Positions 38,285 to 48,775 of a DNA stretch of 64,000 nt are shown here, piece by piece (within the stretch, counting starts at the first letter, position 1; every line of letters begins with the position of its first letter). The notes below the pieces were generated by a model. It searched no databases and was not told the origin of the DNA. It saw nothing but the letters and a program-made list of their open reading frames with translations. The DNA lies in assembly GCA_964461915.1 (NCBI GenBank), contig CAYWVD010000002.1, forward strand, positions 47,789 through 111,788. The letters are read 5' to 3'. The position numbers and the translations under genes are program-made. The stretch is from an uncultured Candidatus Saccharibacteria bacterium. GTDB taxonomy: Bacteria; Patescibacteriota; Dojkabacteria; B142; OLB20.

Positions 38285-41200
38285 TTATTCAACAATTTGA
38301 TCGTTGACATCAAGCACGCCTTCGACAATTTCTGCTTCGTCTACATCGTCTTGATCAGGTTCGATCATATCCAAACTCAAGCCTAAAGCTCTAAGTTCAG
38401 ATGTTAAAACCTTAAATGATTCAGGGATATTTGGGGCTTCGATTGGGGTACCCTGAATAATTGATTTGTATGCAGCAGCTCTTCCAACGACATCATCTGA
38501 TTTAATTGTTAACAATTCTTGTAAGTTATGGACTGCAGAATGTGCTTCTAGGGCCCAAACTTCCATTTCTCCGAATCTCTGACCTCCAAATTGAGCTTTA
38601 CCGCCTAATGGTTGCTGTGTAACCAATGTATATGATCCTGTAGATCTTGCATGAATCTTATCTGAAGATAAGTGGTTCAATTTCAAAATGTATCTAGGAC
38701 CGACTAAAATTGGTTTTTCAAATGGTTTACCTGTTTTTCCATCATAAAGTGTTACTTTTTGATCTAATGAAATACCTTTTTCTTTTGCTAATTTTGTAAT
38801 CTTGTCAAAATTTAGTTCTGTGAAAGGAGGGACTACTACTTTAATTCCCAATTTTGAAGCTAAAGCAGCTGTTTCCATTTCTCTAATCTGACCCAAGTTC
38901 ATACGTTTTACAAACATTGGAGACAAAATGATATCGATTGGGGTACCATCTTCTAGATAAGGCATATCTTCAACGGGAACGATTCTTGAAATTACACCTT
39001 TATCTCCATGAACTCCTGTCAATTTATCACCGACCGAGATTTTATGAGTAGATGCAACCCAGACTTTTACTTGTTTTAATACACCTGGATTTAATTTATC
39101 ACCTTTGGTTTTGTCGAGCATTTGAACTGCGATTACGATACCTTTATCTCCGTGAGGCATTCTAAGAGAGTTATCTCTAACATCTCTTGCATATTCTCCG
39201 AAGATTGCTCTTAAAAGTTTTTCTTCTGCCGTTAGTTCGGATTCTCCTTTGGGAGCAATGATACCAACAAGAATATCTTGTGCGTCAACGCTGGCTCCGA
39301 TTCTAACGATTCCATCTTCATCAAGGTTTCTTAATAGGTATTCACCGATATTTGGAATATCTCGTGTGATTAATTCATCACCAAGTTTTGTTTCTCTAAT
39401 ATCTTGGACATATTCTTTAACATGAATAGATGTAAGAATATCGTCTTGAACAACTTTTTCGGATAAAATAATTGAATCTTCATAGTTTGAACCTTCATAA
39501 GTCATGTAAGCTGCAGTTAGGTTTCGGCCTAATGCTAATTCACCATGATCCATTGATGGTCCATCAACTAAGATATCACCTTTATTAAATTTTTCACCCA
39601 CCATAACTCTTGGGATTTGTGTAAAAGAAGTGTTCTGGTTAGTTTTTACAAACTTTTCTAATTCATAAGTTGTTTTTGTTTTATCTGAGTATTTGACAGT
39701 AACATGAAGTGAATCACTCTCGATCACTTCTCCGTCTTTTTCTGCAATTACAACTCTACCGCTTGATCTTCCGATTAATTCTTCAGCGCCGGTTGCTACA
39801 ATTGGAGCTTTAGGATTAATTAATGGGACAGCCTGCCTCTGCATATTCGAAGCCATAAGGGTTCTGGTGGGATCGTCATTGAAACTGAAAGGTACTAATG
39901 ACAAACCTAAACCTGCAATTTGGCCAGGATTGATGTCTATAAAGTCAATTTCTGTATGTGGGACTCGATTAAATCCTCCATTAAATCTAACAAAGAATGA
40001 ACCTTCTTTAATGTATCCATCTTTATCGATGTCTACCGCAGCTGGGCCGATCTTGTATCTCAACTCATTGTCTGCTTGTAGGTAATCGATTTCATCTGTA
40101 ACGAAAGGCTTGATTTTTATTGTTTCGATTTTTGCCTTTTCGATTTTATCGAGATTTTCTTTTGTTAAGGTTGCTCCCGTCTTTACTAAGACTTTTCCTT
40201 TTTCATCAACAACATCTTCTCTTAAAATTTTATTTAATAAGAGTTTTGGAGCGACTTCTTTTAATTTAACATTGCTCAATACTCTAAAATATGGGGTCTC
40301 TAAAAAGCCAAAGCTATTGATTCTGGCATAAATTGCCATGTGTGAAACAATACCGATTGATGGACCTTCTGGTGTGGCGACTGGACATAGTTTTCCATAA
40401 TGTGAACTATGCACATCTCTAACTGAGAAAGTTGCTCTTTCTTTTGTCAAACCTTTTGGACCACCCGCTGTGATTCTTCGTTTGGTTTCGAGCTCTGAGA
40501 GGATGTTTTCCTGATCCATATATCTTGATACTGCGGAACTTCCGAAGAACTGATTAATTGAAGCAATTATTGGTTTAGTATTTACGATAACTGATGGAAC
40601 TACTAAATCTTCTGTGGAATAAGTGGACATTCTGTCTCGAATGTTCTTTTCCATTCTTAAAATTCCAACTCTTAGTTTTTCAGCAACTAATTCACCGACA
40701 CCTCTAATTCTTCTATTTGCTAGACTATCGATATCATCGACCGGGATAGATTTTTGGTTTAATTGAATCAATGCTCTTACAATGTTGACTAAGTCTTTTG
40801 ATTTTAATAGGTAATCATCAGGTGTGATTTCGGCATCAATATCAAACTTCTTATTCATTTGATATCTTCCAACTTTACCTAAGTAGAATCTTCGTTTATC
40901 GAAGAATAATTTTTCAATAAAGTCTTTTGCATTTTCTAAATTGATAGAATCTTCTGGTCTTAATTTCTTGAAGATTTCAATTAGGGCTTCTTCCTGGTTT
41001 GATGTAGGATCTTTTGCTAAAGTTCTGTCTACATAACTAATTGGGCCTTTATCAACATCATCTAACAATCTGTGAATTTCGGCATCAGAACTGTATCCTA
41101 ATGCTCTTAATAATGTGGTTAAAAATATTTTTGGTCGTTTGTCGAGTAATTTGGTCAACATTACTCCATTTTTATTAACTTCAAAATCAAACCATTTTCC

Positions 41201-41686
41201 TCTTAAAGGCATAAGTTTAACCATGAATGTTGTAATGTTGCTCCCCGGGATTTTATTCTCTAAATATATTACACCTTCTGCTCTAACGATTTGCATTACG
41301 ACTACTCTTTCGTTACCGTTTACAACAAATGATGCTCTATTACTCATCATTGGAATGTCGGCTACGAATATCTTTTCCTTTTTAATTTCTCCAGTCTTTT
41401 TGTTAATTAACTTAACATTTATATATAGTGGTTTATCAAAAGATAAACTTAACTTTTGTGCTTGTCGCATTGACATATTCTCTGGACCCCATTCAACATC
41501 TTCGAATCTTAATTCCCATGATTCTCCGGTATAGTCCGAGATTGGATTGACCTCATCAAAAAGCTCAAAGATACCTCCTTCGAGGAAATCTTGATAAGAA
41601 AGTAACTGAGCTTCGATCAAGTTATTCTGCAACTTAGGAAATTCTTGTGCAGCAAGATTAATTCTTTCGTTTTTTTTCTGGCTCAT
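38285..41686 (-). CDS. rpoB: DNA-directed RNA polymerase beta subunit
   Basis: 1133 aa with conserved beta-subunit blocks (GDKLTGVHGDKGVIS and ...GGQRFGEMEVWALEAH). Confidence 0.97.
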   Translation of the reverse strand: MSQKKNERINLAAQEFPKLQNNLIEAQLLSYQDFLEGGIFELFDEVNPISDYTGESWELRFEDVEWGPENMSMRQAQKLSLSFDKPLYINVKLINKKTGEIKKEKIFVADIPMMSNRASFVVNGNERVVVMQIVRAEGVIYLENKIPGSNITTFMVKLMPLRGKWFDFEVNKNGVMLTKLLDKRPKIFLTTLLRALGYSSDAEIHRLLDDVDKGPISYVDRTLAKDPTSNQEEALIEIFKKLRPEDSINLENAKDFIEKLFFDKRRFYLGKVGRYQMNKKFDIDAEITPDDYLLKSKDLVNIVRALIQLNQKSIPVDDIDSLANRRIRGVGELVAEKLRVGILRMEKNIRDRMSTYSTEDLVVPSVIVNTKPIIASINQFFGSSAVSRYMDQENILSELETKRRITAGGPKGLTKERATFSVRDVHSSHYGKLCPVATPEGPSIGIVSHMAIYARINSFGFLETPYFRVLSNVKLKEVAPKLLLNKILREDVVDEKGKVLVKTGATLTKENLDKIEKAKIETIKIKPFVTDEIDYLQADNELRYKIGPAAVDIDKDGYIKEGSFFVRFNGGFNRVPHTEIDFIDINPGQIAGLGLSLVPFSFNDDPTRTLMASNMQRQAVPLINPKAPIVATGAEELIGRSSGRVVIAEKDGEVIESDSLHVTVKYSDKTKTTYELEKFVKTNQNTSFTQIPRVMVGEKFNKGDILVDGPSMDHGELALGRNLTAAYMTYEGSNYEDSIILSEKVVQDDILTSIHVKEYVQDIRETKLGDELITRDIPNIGEYLLRNLDEDGIVRIGASVDAQDILVGIIAPKGESELTAEEKLLRAIFGEYARDVRDNSLRMPHGDKGIVIAVQMLDKTKGDKLNPGVLKQVKVWVASTHKISVGDKLTGVHGDKGVISRIVPVEDMPYLEDGTPIDIILSPMFVKRMNLGQIREMETAALASKLGIKVVVPPFTELNFDKITKLAKEKGISLDQKVTLYDGKTGKPFEKPILVGPRYILKLNHLSSDKIHARSTGSYTLVTQQPLGGKAQFGGQRFGEMEVWALEAHSAVHNLQELLTIKSDDVVGRAAAYKSIIQGTPIEAPNIPESFKVLTSELRALGLSLDMIEPDQDDVDEAEIVEGVLDVNDQIVE

Positions 41687-41715
41687 ATATTTAGTAAGTA
41701 AAAATGAAGTTTAAT

Positions 41716-41750
41716 TAAAAAACAAAAAACGCACGGCTAGGAATGTGCGT
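41716..41750 (-). terminator. Hairpin plus U-run (intrinsic terminator or attenuator) between rarA and rpoB, about 30 nt upstream of the rpoB start
   Basis: Minus strand reads ACGCAC-ATTCCTAGCC-GTGCGT followed by TTTTTGTTTTTT. A possible promoter, TTGACA-17nt-TATACC, lies upstream of it at about 41800-41830. Confidence 0.45.
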
Positions 41751-41913
41751 ATTAAAATACTAATATAAATTTTTATCGGAATTAAATAACATTGGCGCCC
41801 TTTATCCTCCCATATTTAATTTTCGTTGGTAAGGTATATCATAGGTGTATTTCATTGTCAATGAAAACCGACCCCAATTTTAACGGAAAATTTTACAAAA
41901 TATTACAAAATTT

Positions 41914-43116
41914 TTACCAATCTTGAAGATAATATTTTTTACCCTTTAGGTTGTCTGGCATATACTCTTGATTGACGTGCTTTCCCGTCATTTTTTCTAC
42001 CTGCCAAGGATACCTAATATGCCCCTTTCCATAACCAAAATTTTTCATTAATTTTGTTGGAGCATTTCGTAAATGTAGGGGGATTGGGTCTAGCTTTTTT
42101 TCTTCAATATCTTTTAAAGCCATAAAGATGCCGTCGGTAGAGGCAATTGACTTTGGACATGTTGCCAAATAAGTAGCCGTTTGAGCCAAAATGAGCTTTG
42201 ATTCGGGCATTCCTATTAATTTTACTGCCTGCAAGCAGGTTGTAGCCAAAACTAAAGCATTAACACGGGCGTTCCCAATGTCTTCCGAGGCAAATATAAC
42301 CATCCTTCTTGCAATAAACACAGGATCTTCGCCAGCCATTATCATCCTTGCTAAATAATGCAAGGTTGCATCTGGATTTCCACCACGCATACTCTTAATA
42401 AAGGCAGAAATTGTATCAAAATGAGAATCTGCATTCTTATCATAGTATAAAGACTTCTTTTGGAGAGCCTGCTCCATTACCTTTATAGTGACATTCTTCG
42501 ATAGTGAGGCTGCCATTTCTATGGCGTTAATTGTTGCCCTTGCATCACCGGCTGTAAAATATGCAACCATTTTTAAAGCATCATCTGAAAACTTTATTTT
42601 TGGATACTCGCTTACTGCCCTTTTTATTATTTCGTATATCGCATCCTCTTCGAGGTTTTCCAATTTAAAGACTCTGCATCTGGATATAAGTGGCGCATTA
42701 ATCGAGAAAGAAGGATTTTCGGTTGTAGCTCCAATTAAAATAAGTGATCCATCCTCGACATAAGGTAAGAACGCATCTTGTTGAGCTTTATTAAATCTGT
42801 GGATCTCATCAATAAAGAGAATAGTTTTTCGCTGCATAAGCTGTTCATACTCTTTTGCCTGTTTAACTATCTTCAAAACATCAGCCTTTCCCGAATTAAC
42901 AGCGGAAAGTGTAACAAAATAGGCTTTAGCATAACTAGCGATTAGCTTTGCAAGAGTAGTTTTCCCTGTGCCAGGGGGCCCCCAAAGGATCATCGAAATT
43001 ATCCTGCCCGATTCGAGCATTTTGGTTAAAGCTTTTCCTTTACCTACTAAATGTTTCTGACCAACAAATTCATCTAGCGATTTAGGGCGTAGTTTTTCAG
43101 CAAGGGGGATATCCAT
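41914..43116 (-). CDS. rarA: Replication-associated recombination protein RarA/MgsA (AAA+ ATPase)
   Basis: Walker A ILWGPPGTGKTTLAKLIA, Walker B LFIDEIHRFNK, and the RarA C-terminal domain. Confidence 0.9.
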   Translation of the reverse strand: MDIPLAEKLRPKSLDEFVGQKHLVGKGKALTKMLESGRIISMILWGPPGTGKTTLAKLIASYAKAYFVTLSAVNSGKADVLKIVKQAKEYEQLMQRKTILFIDEIHRFNKAQQDAFLPYVEDGSLILIGATTENPSFSINAPLISRCRVFKLENLEEDAIYEIIKRAVSEYPKIKFSDDALKMVAYFTAGDARATINAIEMAASLSKNVTIKVMEQALQKKSLYYDKNADSHFDTISAFIKSMRGGNPDATLHYLARMIMAGEDPVFIARRMVIFASEDIGNARVNALVLATTCLQAVKLIGMPESKLILAQTATYLATCPKSIASTDGIFMALKDIEEKKLDPIPLHLRNAPTKLMKNFGYGKGHIRYPWQVEKMTGKHVNQEYMPDNLKGKKYYLQDW

Positions 43117-43233
43117 ATCTGAATCATATCATATTTCAGCCGAATAATTTGAGACTAAATTTATAAGCTAATTATTTTGTCTATTGCTAACTAAACGAGA
43201 TCTAATTACAATATAATTAATTATTGTAATAAA

Positions 43234-43911
43234 ATGAACGATCAAAAAAACACGGCCCCCTTGGACGCCGAAAACGATTTGCTAGACAGAGAAATCAAAA
43301 TTCAAAAACAGCTTCAAAAAGTGATTGAAAACGAAAGAAAAGAACTAGAGACAGTTTATGAATGGAAGGCCCCCGAAAGGATATTTAATGCAAAAAATCG
43401 AAGGTGGTTTGCAATTATCGGCATAGTTGCCTTAGTAATCATTGCTTTTTCAGCATTAACAAATAACTTTATTCTGATTTTTGCGATAATAGCCTTGGTA
43501 CTAGTTCTCTATACTATTTACTCAGTGCCACCGGGAAAAACTACTCACAAAATCACCAACAAAGGCCTTTACACATTAAACACCCTTTATTTATGGAAAA
43601 ATATTTTGACTTTTTGGGTTACTGAAAGGGACAACGAAAAAATCATCCACTTTGAATACAAAGGCAGGTCTACCGATAATTATTATCGACAAATGGTACT
43701 TTTACTTGGTAACGGAAACATCAAGACTATTGTCGCTTACCTAGTTCAATATGTTGATTATCTTGGCCCGGAGGAGATCGATAGAGGTATGCTCACAACT
43801 TTAGCTCAAGGCAAATATGTTTCGCTGATAGAAATTGTTGGTGATACAGATATCGCTACAAAGGATCCAAAGGATTCGCCTACACTGGTTAGGATTTCTG
43901 AAGGCCGTTAA
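43234..43911 (+). CDS. Hypothetical membrane protein (2 TM)
   Basis: 225 aa with an N-terminal coiled-coil segment and two adjacent TM helices. No recognised motif. Confidence 0.4.
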   Translation: MNDQKNTAPLDAENDLLDREIKIQKQLQKVIENERKELETVYEWKAPERIFNAKNRRWFAIIGIVALVIIAFSALTNNFILIFAIIALVLVLYTIYSVPPGKTTHKITNKGLYTLNTLYLWKNILTFWVTERDNEKIIHFEYKGRSTDNYYRQMVLLLGNGNIKTIVAYLVQYVDYLGPEEIDRGMLTTLAQGKYVSLIEIVGDTDIATKDPKDSPTLVRISEGR

Positions 43912-44429
43912 AATACCAATTCCATTACAAGAAGGTCATCATAGGAATCTTTTTCAGGCTGATAAAGTTCGCCTTTTTCAGTTCCTACTTCGATAAACCC
44001 ATGTTTTTTATATAAATTAATTGCAGGGATTTCACTTATTACTACCTCTAGTGAAGCTTTTTTTAACTGAGGGATAGCTTTTAGTTTTGATAAAAGGTGC
44101 GAAAACAGAATTGACCCCACACCTTTCCCCCTATACTCCGGGTCAACAAACACACCGAATATATGCGCCACATGCTTTGTTTTGATTTTGTCATCCCAAA
44201 AGGCGCCAACTATCCCGACCACTTTTTCGCCCTCAAGAGTATCGTCTACGGCGAAGAACATAACCTCTCCATCCTGAGATATGGATTTACTTAAATAGTT
44301 TTGCCATTTTTCATCAGGATCTTTTAAAACATCATTTTCGGTTGAGGCAAAGGCCTCAGGGTTTGTTTTTATTGATTTAATTCTGATGTCTTTATAAGCC
44401 TGCCAAGGGATGTCTTTTGTGATTCTCAT
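43908..44429 (-). CDS. GNAT-family N-acetyltransferase
   Basis: The acetyl-CoA binding motif is GVFVDPEYRGKGVGSILFSHLL. Confidence 0.8.
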   Translation of the reverse strand: MRITKDIPWQAYKDIRIKSIKTNPEAFASTENDVLKDPDEKWQNYLSKSISQDGEVMFFAVDDTLEGEKVVGIVGAFWDDKIKTKHVAHIFGVFVDPEYRGKGVGSILFSHLLSKLKAIPQLKKASLEVVISEIPAINLYKKHGFIEVGTEKGELYQPEKDSYDDLLVMELVF

Positions 44430-44447
44430 AATTTTAATTTAAAAATT

Positions 44448-46886
44448 TTAATTTTTTTCTTTTGGTGGCCTTCGTTTTTTCCTGTGGGACATTTCTTTAA
44501 GAACCCCTAAAATCCCTTCGGGATCTTTTTTATAGGCCTCTTTAATCATTCGCAAATTTAATGCATTTTTTTCAATCGATGGATGAAGATAGCTCTGGGA
44601 AGGCTCAACTCGCTCCCCATTATTTGGATCAACAGAGAAATACTTATCTAGCATAGCTAGTAATTCCTCATCAGTATTCATTACCCACAATTCAGTATTT
44701 ACTCCAGTTTCTTCTGTAATTCTACGGGCAACTATCTGCCTTTGCCTTAAATACTCTTCTGGATCGTCATCAAAGAGGTTGAAATGGGGTTCTAACACAA
44801 GACACTTAACAGCTCCTTGAGCGGTATCGATTATTTTGCCCTCCTTATCAAGATAAACTAAAAAATCTACTCGACGATGTTTTGGATTCCCATCTCCCAA
44901 ATCGACAGTGACATCAACTTCCATATTGCCATTCCGTTGAATTCGCCCTTCATTATTTGGTTTAAATCCAAATTCCATTAACCTTATCATTAAGGCAAGA
45001 TTTGTGGTAGAAATTGTCTTTGGTACACTGTTTAATGCTCGGCCTAAAGCTTCAGGCAATTCTCTAAATATATACCTAGACATATTTCCATCTAATGTGT
45101 CATAAACCATAATTTTTTTCCTAGCTGCCAATATTTGTCTATCTCTTTCTTGTTGATCTAAAGTTTGCCATGGAATTTTATTTCCTTCTAATATATTCAC
45201 AGCTCTTCTTGTAATAGCCGACTCGGTTTTCCAAAATTCATATTCCTCAGGGGTTAAAGAATTTCTTAAATACCTATCCAGTTGCCAATAGGATTTCCTT
45301 TTACTACTATCTGTACCCGTTTCAAGGAACATGATTTTGGCATGTGGTAAATATCCATCACTCGTCTCTGGATTTTTAAAATGATCTTTGATCAATTCAA
45401 CATAGCGCCCAAAAGATTTTTGCATATTTCTCATCATTTCATCATTAAAGCCTTCTGCCTTTCTTATTTGAGCTTTTGATACATTTTCCACTGAAGTAAC
45501 ATGCGTCCAGTGTGCAAATTCTTCGGGAGACATAACACTTTTTACTGCATCAATAATTGTCGTTCGTTTAGAATTAAAAATTTCTCTCATTTTATCGGCA
45601 GTTATTTTGTATTTTTTCCATCTAATATAGTCAACAATATCCTGAGGTATCCATTCGTGAGGGTTTAGTAAATTACGAGCGACTTCTGGAGGGAAATTAT
45701 CTTCAATAATACTCCTTACAGTCATAGCTCGTAATCTTGTTTCGTTGGGAGATAAAGACGAGACAAATGAATACATATTTCGATAATATGAGAGTGGCAA
45801 GCCGGATCGGTTTCCGCTAGCTATCCACGAATTAATGTCCGCAACCATATACTTTACTCTTTCTTCTGGCCCCAAACACTTAACGAAGGCCGAATATTCT
45901 TCTTCACTTAATGATTGTTTTAATACTTCGAAATAATTATATTCACCATATTTACTAGCTAGTTGCGACCACCCCAAATTAATCAAACTTGCACGCCTTG
46001 ACTTAGGATCTGTTATTGATAGCCCTTCCCTAATCAACCCCAAGATTTCTTTCCTAATGATCGGGTTTAGCTCTTGGGGTTTTTCTGCTTCCATAGGCTT
46101 AGGGAGAAGCCCCGCAATTTCTGGCCCAGGACTTATTAGTCCAGCGACATTTGAGCCAACACCTAAAAGTGGAACTTCAACAATAGGTGGAGCAACTTCT
46201 GGTAAAACCCTTACTCGCCAATCCAGTTGAGTCAAATCTATCACAAACTCAAGGACATCCCTTGTGACTATACCCGCAGTTCTTTTTTCTACGAAATCAA
46301 AAAAATCGGGGCATTCTTTTTCGATTGGATCTGTTACTTGATTGGAATTATAAATATAAAGAAGTGCCTGCACGCTATTCAGGATACCAAATCCTGTAAA
46401 GTGTTTGAACATATTGTCTACTAGGTTCCAATCTAAATTTGAAAAACGATTTTGTAATAGAGCTATTTTTTCGGCATTATCCTCTTCGGTATCAGTCGAA
46501 AAGCCTGAATATTCATGTATAGCCACCTTTCCAAGCGAACCTTGTCCCGGAATTATAAACTTATTCCAAATTTTTTGAAGTCCCACTCTTTCATCAGTAA
46601 TGAAACCTCCTTTGGGCAATATCGGGAAACAACTCGCATTAGGCCCAACAGATCTGACAGTCGAATAACAGGCATTTGGTAGTTGGGTAAAAAGATTGAT
46701 GCTTTGATCTTTTAGGATGGAAAACAATGCTGGAGATCCTTCCTGGATTTTACTTAAAAATTCTGAAAAGTCATTTTGTTCAACCTGGATTACTCCTACA
46801 GTTTCAGTAACTCCTTGAACCACAACTAGGTTTTTTGGGAGGGCTAATATTTCTGATGTTTGAATCGTTGCGGCCAAATTATTCAA
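44448..46886 (-). CDS. Large (812 aa) hypothetical protein with no recognisable domains
   Basis: A long uninterrupted ORF with a basic C-terminus (HRKKRRPPKEKN). It is soluble, with no TM or signal peptide. Confidence 0.55.
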   Translation of the reverse strand: MNNLAATIQTSEILALPKNLVVVQGVTETVGVIQVEQNDFSEFLSKIQEGSPALFSILKDQSINLFTQLPNACYSTVRSVGPNASCFPILPKGGFITDERVGLQKIWNKFIIPGQGSLGKVAIHEYSGFSTDTEEDNAEKIALLQNRFSNLDWNLVDNMFKHFTGFGILNSVQALLYIYNSNQVTDPIEKECPDFFDFVEKRTAGIVTRDVLEFVIDLTQLDWRVRVLPEVAPPIVEVPLLGVGSNVAGLISPGPEIAGLLPKPMEAEKPQELNPIIRKEILGLIREGLSITDPKSRRASLINLGWSQLASKYGEYNYFEVLKQSLSEEEYSAFVKCLGPEERVKYMVADINSWIASGNRSGLPLSYYRNMYSFVSSLSPNETRLRAMTVRSIIEDNFPPEVARNLLNPHEWIPQDIVDYIRWKKYKITADKMREIFNSKRTTIIDAVKSVMSPEEFAHWTHVTSVENVSKAQIRKAEGFNDEMMRNMQKSFGRYVELIKDHFKNPETSDGYLPHAKIMFLETGTDSSKRKSYWQLDRYLRNSLTPEEYEFWKTESAITRRAVNILEGNKIPWQTLDQQERDRQILAARKKIMVYDTLDGNMSRYIFRELPEALGRALNSVPKTISTTNLALMIRLMEFGFKPNNEGRIQRNGNMEVDVTVDLGDGNPKHRRVDFLVYLDKEGKIIDTAQGAVKCLVLEPHFNLFDDDPEEYLRQRQIVARRITEETGVNTELWVMNTDEELLAMLDKYFSVDPNNGERVEPSQSYLHPSIEKNALNLRMIKEAYKKDPEGILGVLKEMSHRKKRRPPKEKN

Positions 46887-47064
46887 TGCTTAACAAATAT
46901 ATACTAAGGGATTTTGTACACCCTTTACTACTATTAATATATGAGAAATTTAAAATTAATAAAAGGATATAGAAACATTAATAGAGACTACTTGATAGCT
47001 TTAAGTGGCCTTACCATCTTGTCTATAGCACTTACGGTGGGATTGGTATTTTTTCTGTAAATAT

Positions 47065-48120
47065 TTATTGAATATAAAAACCCTCAGCAATTTTTATTCC
47101 ATTCGCCAAATCGTTTAATCTTCCCCCATAAACTAGACTTTCTAATGTGGTAGTATTTGGATCAACTCCCAGATAATTACTGATTGTCTGTTTATACCCT
47201 GCAGGGGGATTATTAGCCCATTTATTCATAAAAAATGTTAATGAACAATTGCCACAAACACCTTTTATACTCCCATCATCATTATATTCGGTATACGATG
47301 TATGCATACCTGCATTAATGGCGCTAATGTATGCTTTCAAGGAATTAACCCCTGTTGTGTAATCTGTAAAAACCATATAGCTTCCACCTGTTCCTGTTCG
47401 GATTCCACACGATGGAGTCCCGCCCATAGCCTTAATCAAACGATTCCTAAAATCATTTGTATCGTTATAGTTATTAATCGGCCTAATATTCCCCGGATTG
47501 TTGTTCTGGCATGCCCAGCCTCTAAAACCCCTAGTTTCTCCCGTTTCAATTCTGCATAAACTGTCTCCTAGATAACAAGGAACACAATTCTGCGTTGAAG
47601 AAGGACAATTTGGGGCAACTTGCCATGGCTTAGAATAATCCTTAGCTGAAATCGTTGTTGGGATAATAGTAGGGATAATTGTAGGTATATTTGTCAGCGT
47701 ATTTGTCGGTGTATTATAGGGCCTTTTTGTCGGAGCTACCGTACTTTTAGGCGTCCCCGTAGTAGTGATACTAGGCTTATTTGTTGAAGTTGGACTCACC
47801 ACCACATTTGTCATATCCGGTATAGTAGTGACCTCAAAATGCGCCATCAAAACCATTTCCCCAGTCCTAGGCAAATCCATATTATCTGTGGAGTATTGAT
47901 AGTAAAGATCATCAGGGAATAAACCATTCAAGTCTTCAACCTCGGGAATAGATAATTTATTTGGATACTTTATGCTACTAGTGCCATTCACAAAGGCCTC
48001 TACCCTCCCTAACAAATCCGAATAATTTATGGATAAGATTAAAGAAATTGTGATTATTATTCCTAAAGAGGCAATAGCTAAATATTCTTTGGCAGTTTTA
48101 TGTGTTTTATCACTTTTCAT
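47065..48120 (-). CDS. Membrane-anchored secreted protein with a Thr/Pro-rich linker and a Cys-rich C-terminal domain (possible lytic-transglycosylase-like fold)
   Basis: It has an N-terminal TM, a PT-rich linker (TNTLTNIPTIIPTIIPTT), and a C-terminal domain with 8 or more Cys. AYISAINAGMH weakly resembles the SLT AYNAG motif. Confidence 0.5.
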   Translation of the reverse strand: MKSDKTHKTAKEYLAIASLGIIITISLILSINYSDLLGRVEAFVNGTSSIKYPNKLSIPEVEDLNGLFPDDLYYQYSTDNMDLPRTGEMVLMAHFEVTTIPDMTNVVVSPTSTNKPSITTTGTPKSTVAPTKRPYNTPTNTLTNIPTIIPTIIPTTISAKDYSKPWQVAPNCPSSTQNCVPCYLGDSLCRIETGETRGFRGWACQNNNPGNIRPINNYNDTNDFRNRLIKAMGGTPSCGIRTGTGGSYMVFTDYTTGVNSLKAYISAINAGMHTSYTEYNDDGSIKGVCGNCSLTFFMNKWANNPPAGYKQTISNYLGVDPNTTTLESLVYGGRLNDLANGIKIAEGFYIQ

Positions 48121-48286
48121 TAAAAAATTATAGCAGATAGTTTTTGCGCTGATAAACTTTTTGAAGAGAGTTCAATTAAATATTAAAAGAATCTGATCAC
48201 AAAACCAATATATTTTAGTTGAAAATTCAAAAATCTAAGGTATAATTATCAATCCTTAGGGATATATTAATTATATATTTTGATTT

Positions 48287-48775
48287 ATGTCTGGAAACCA
48301 ACTTTGTGGGGAGATACCTAGCCACACAAAAATTAAATTGTTAAGGCTCTCGAACCCCCAACTACCCTTGGGACTCCCAGATATGGATTTACTGAGAGTA
48401 TTAAACTATCGGCTCGAAGTCACACAATCAAAATCGAGTGAAACTTTGGACAGACTACCTAAAGACCTAATATTACCATATGAAGATGAATACCGTCCTT
48501 TTTTCTTATTAAAATTTCCATTAAGAAAAAAGTTGTTAACCCATGGGCCAACAATTGAATTAGTGCAAGCTTTCGGGGATATTATGAAATTTTACAAGCG
48601 AAAAGAAACGACAGCAGAATTAACGCCAGAATTAAAGTTGGAGTTATTATCAGCTCTATACCCATGCATGCATTGCGAATCAATAGTGTCATGTAGCCGT
48701 AGTATAATTAGTTTTTTCCAGAGAACGGATCCTTTAAAACCAGATTATATTTCAATTGGCCATCAAGATGTATAG
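48287..48775 (+). CDS. Hypothetical protein
   Basis: 162 aa ORF with no motif. Local GC looks higher than the window average. Confidence 0.4.
   Translation: MSGNQLCGEIPSHTKIKLLRLSNPQLPLGLPDMDLLRVLNYRLEVTQSKSSETLDRLPKDLILPYEDEYRPFFLLKFPLRKKLLTHGPTIELVQAFGDIMKFYKRKETTAELTPELKLELLSALYPCMHCESIVSCSRSIISFFQRTDPLKPDYISIGHQDV

Noticed and set aside
34477-41534. Multiple 60-140-aa ORFs antisense within rpoC and rpoB (for example 36049..36291, 36313..36603, 40110..40331 and 41115..41534)
   Set aside because: They lie wholly inside strongly supported RNA polymerase genes on the opposite strand. They have Ser/Leu/Phe-rich composition typical of antisense reading of AT-rich genes.
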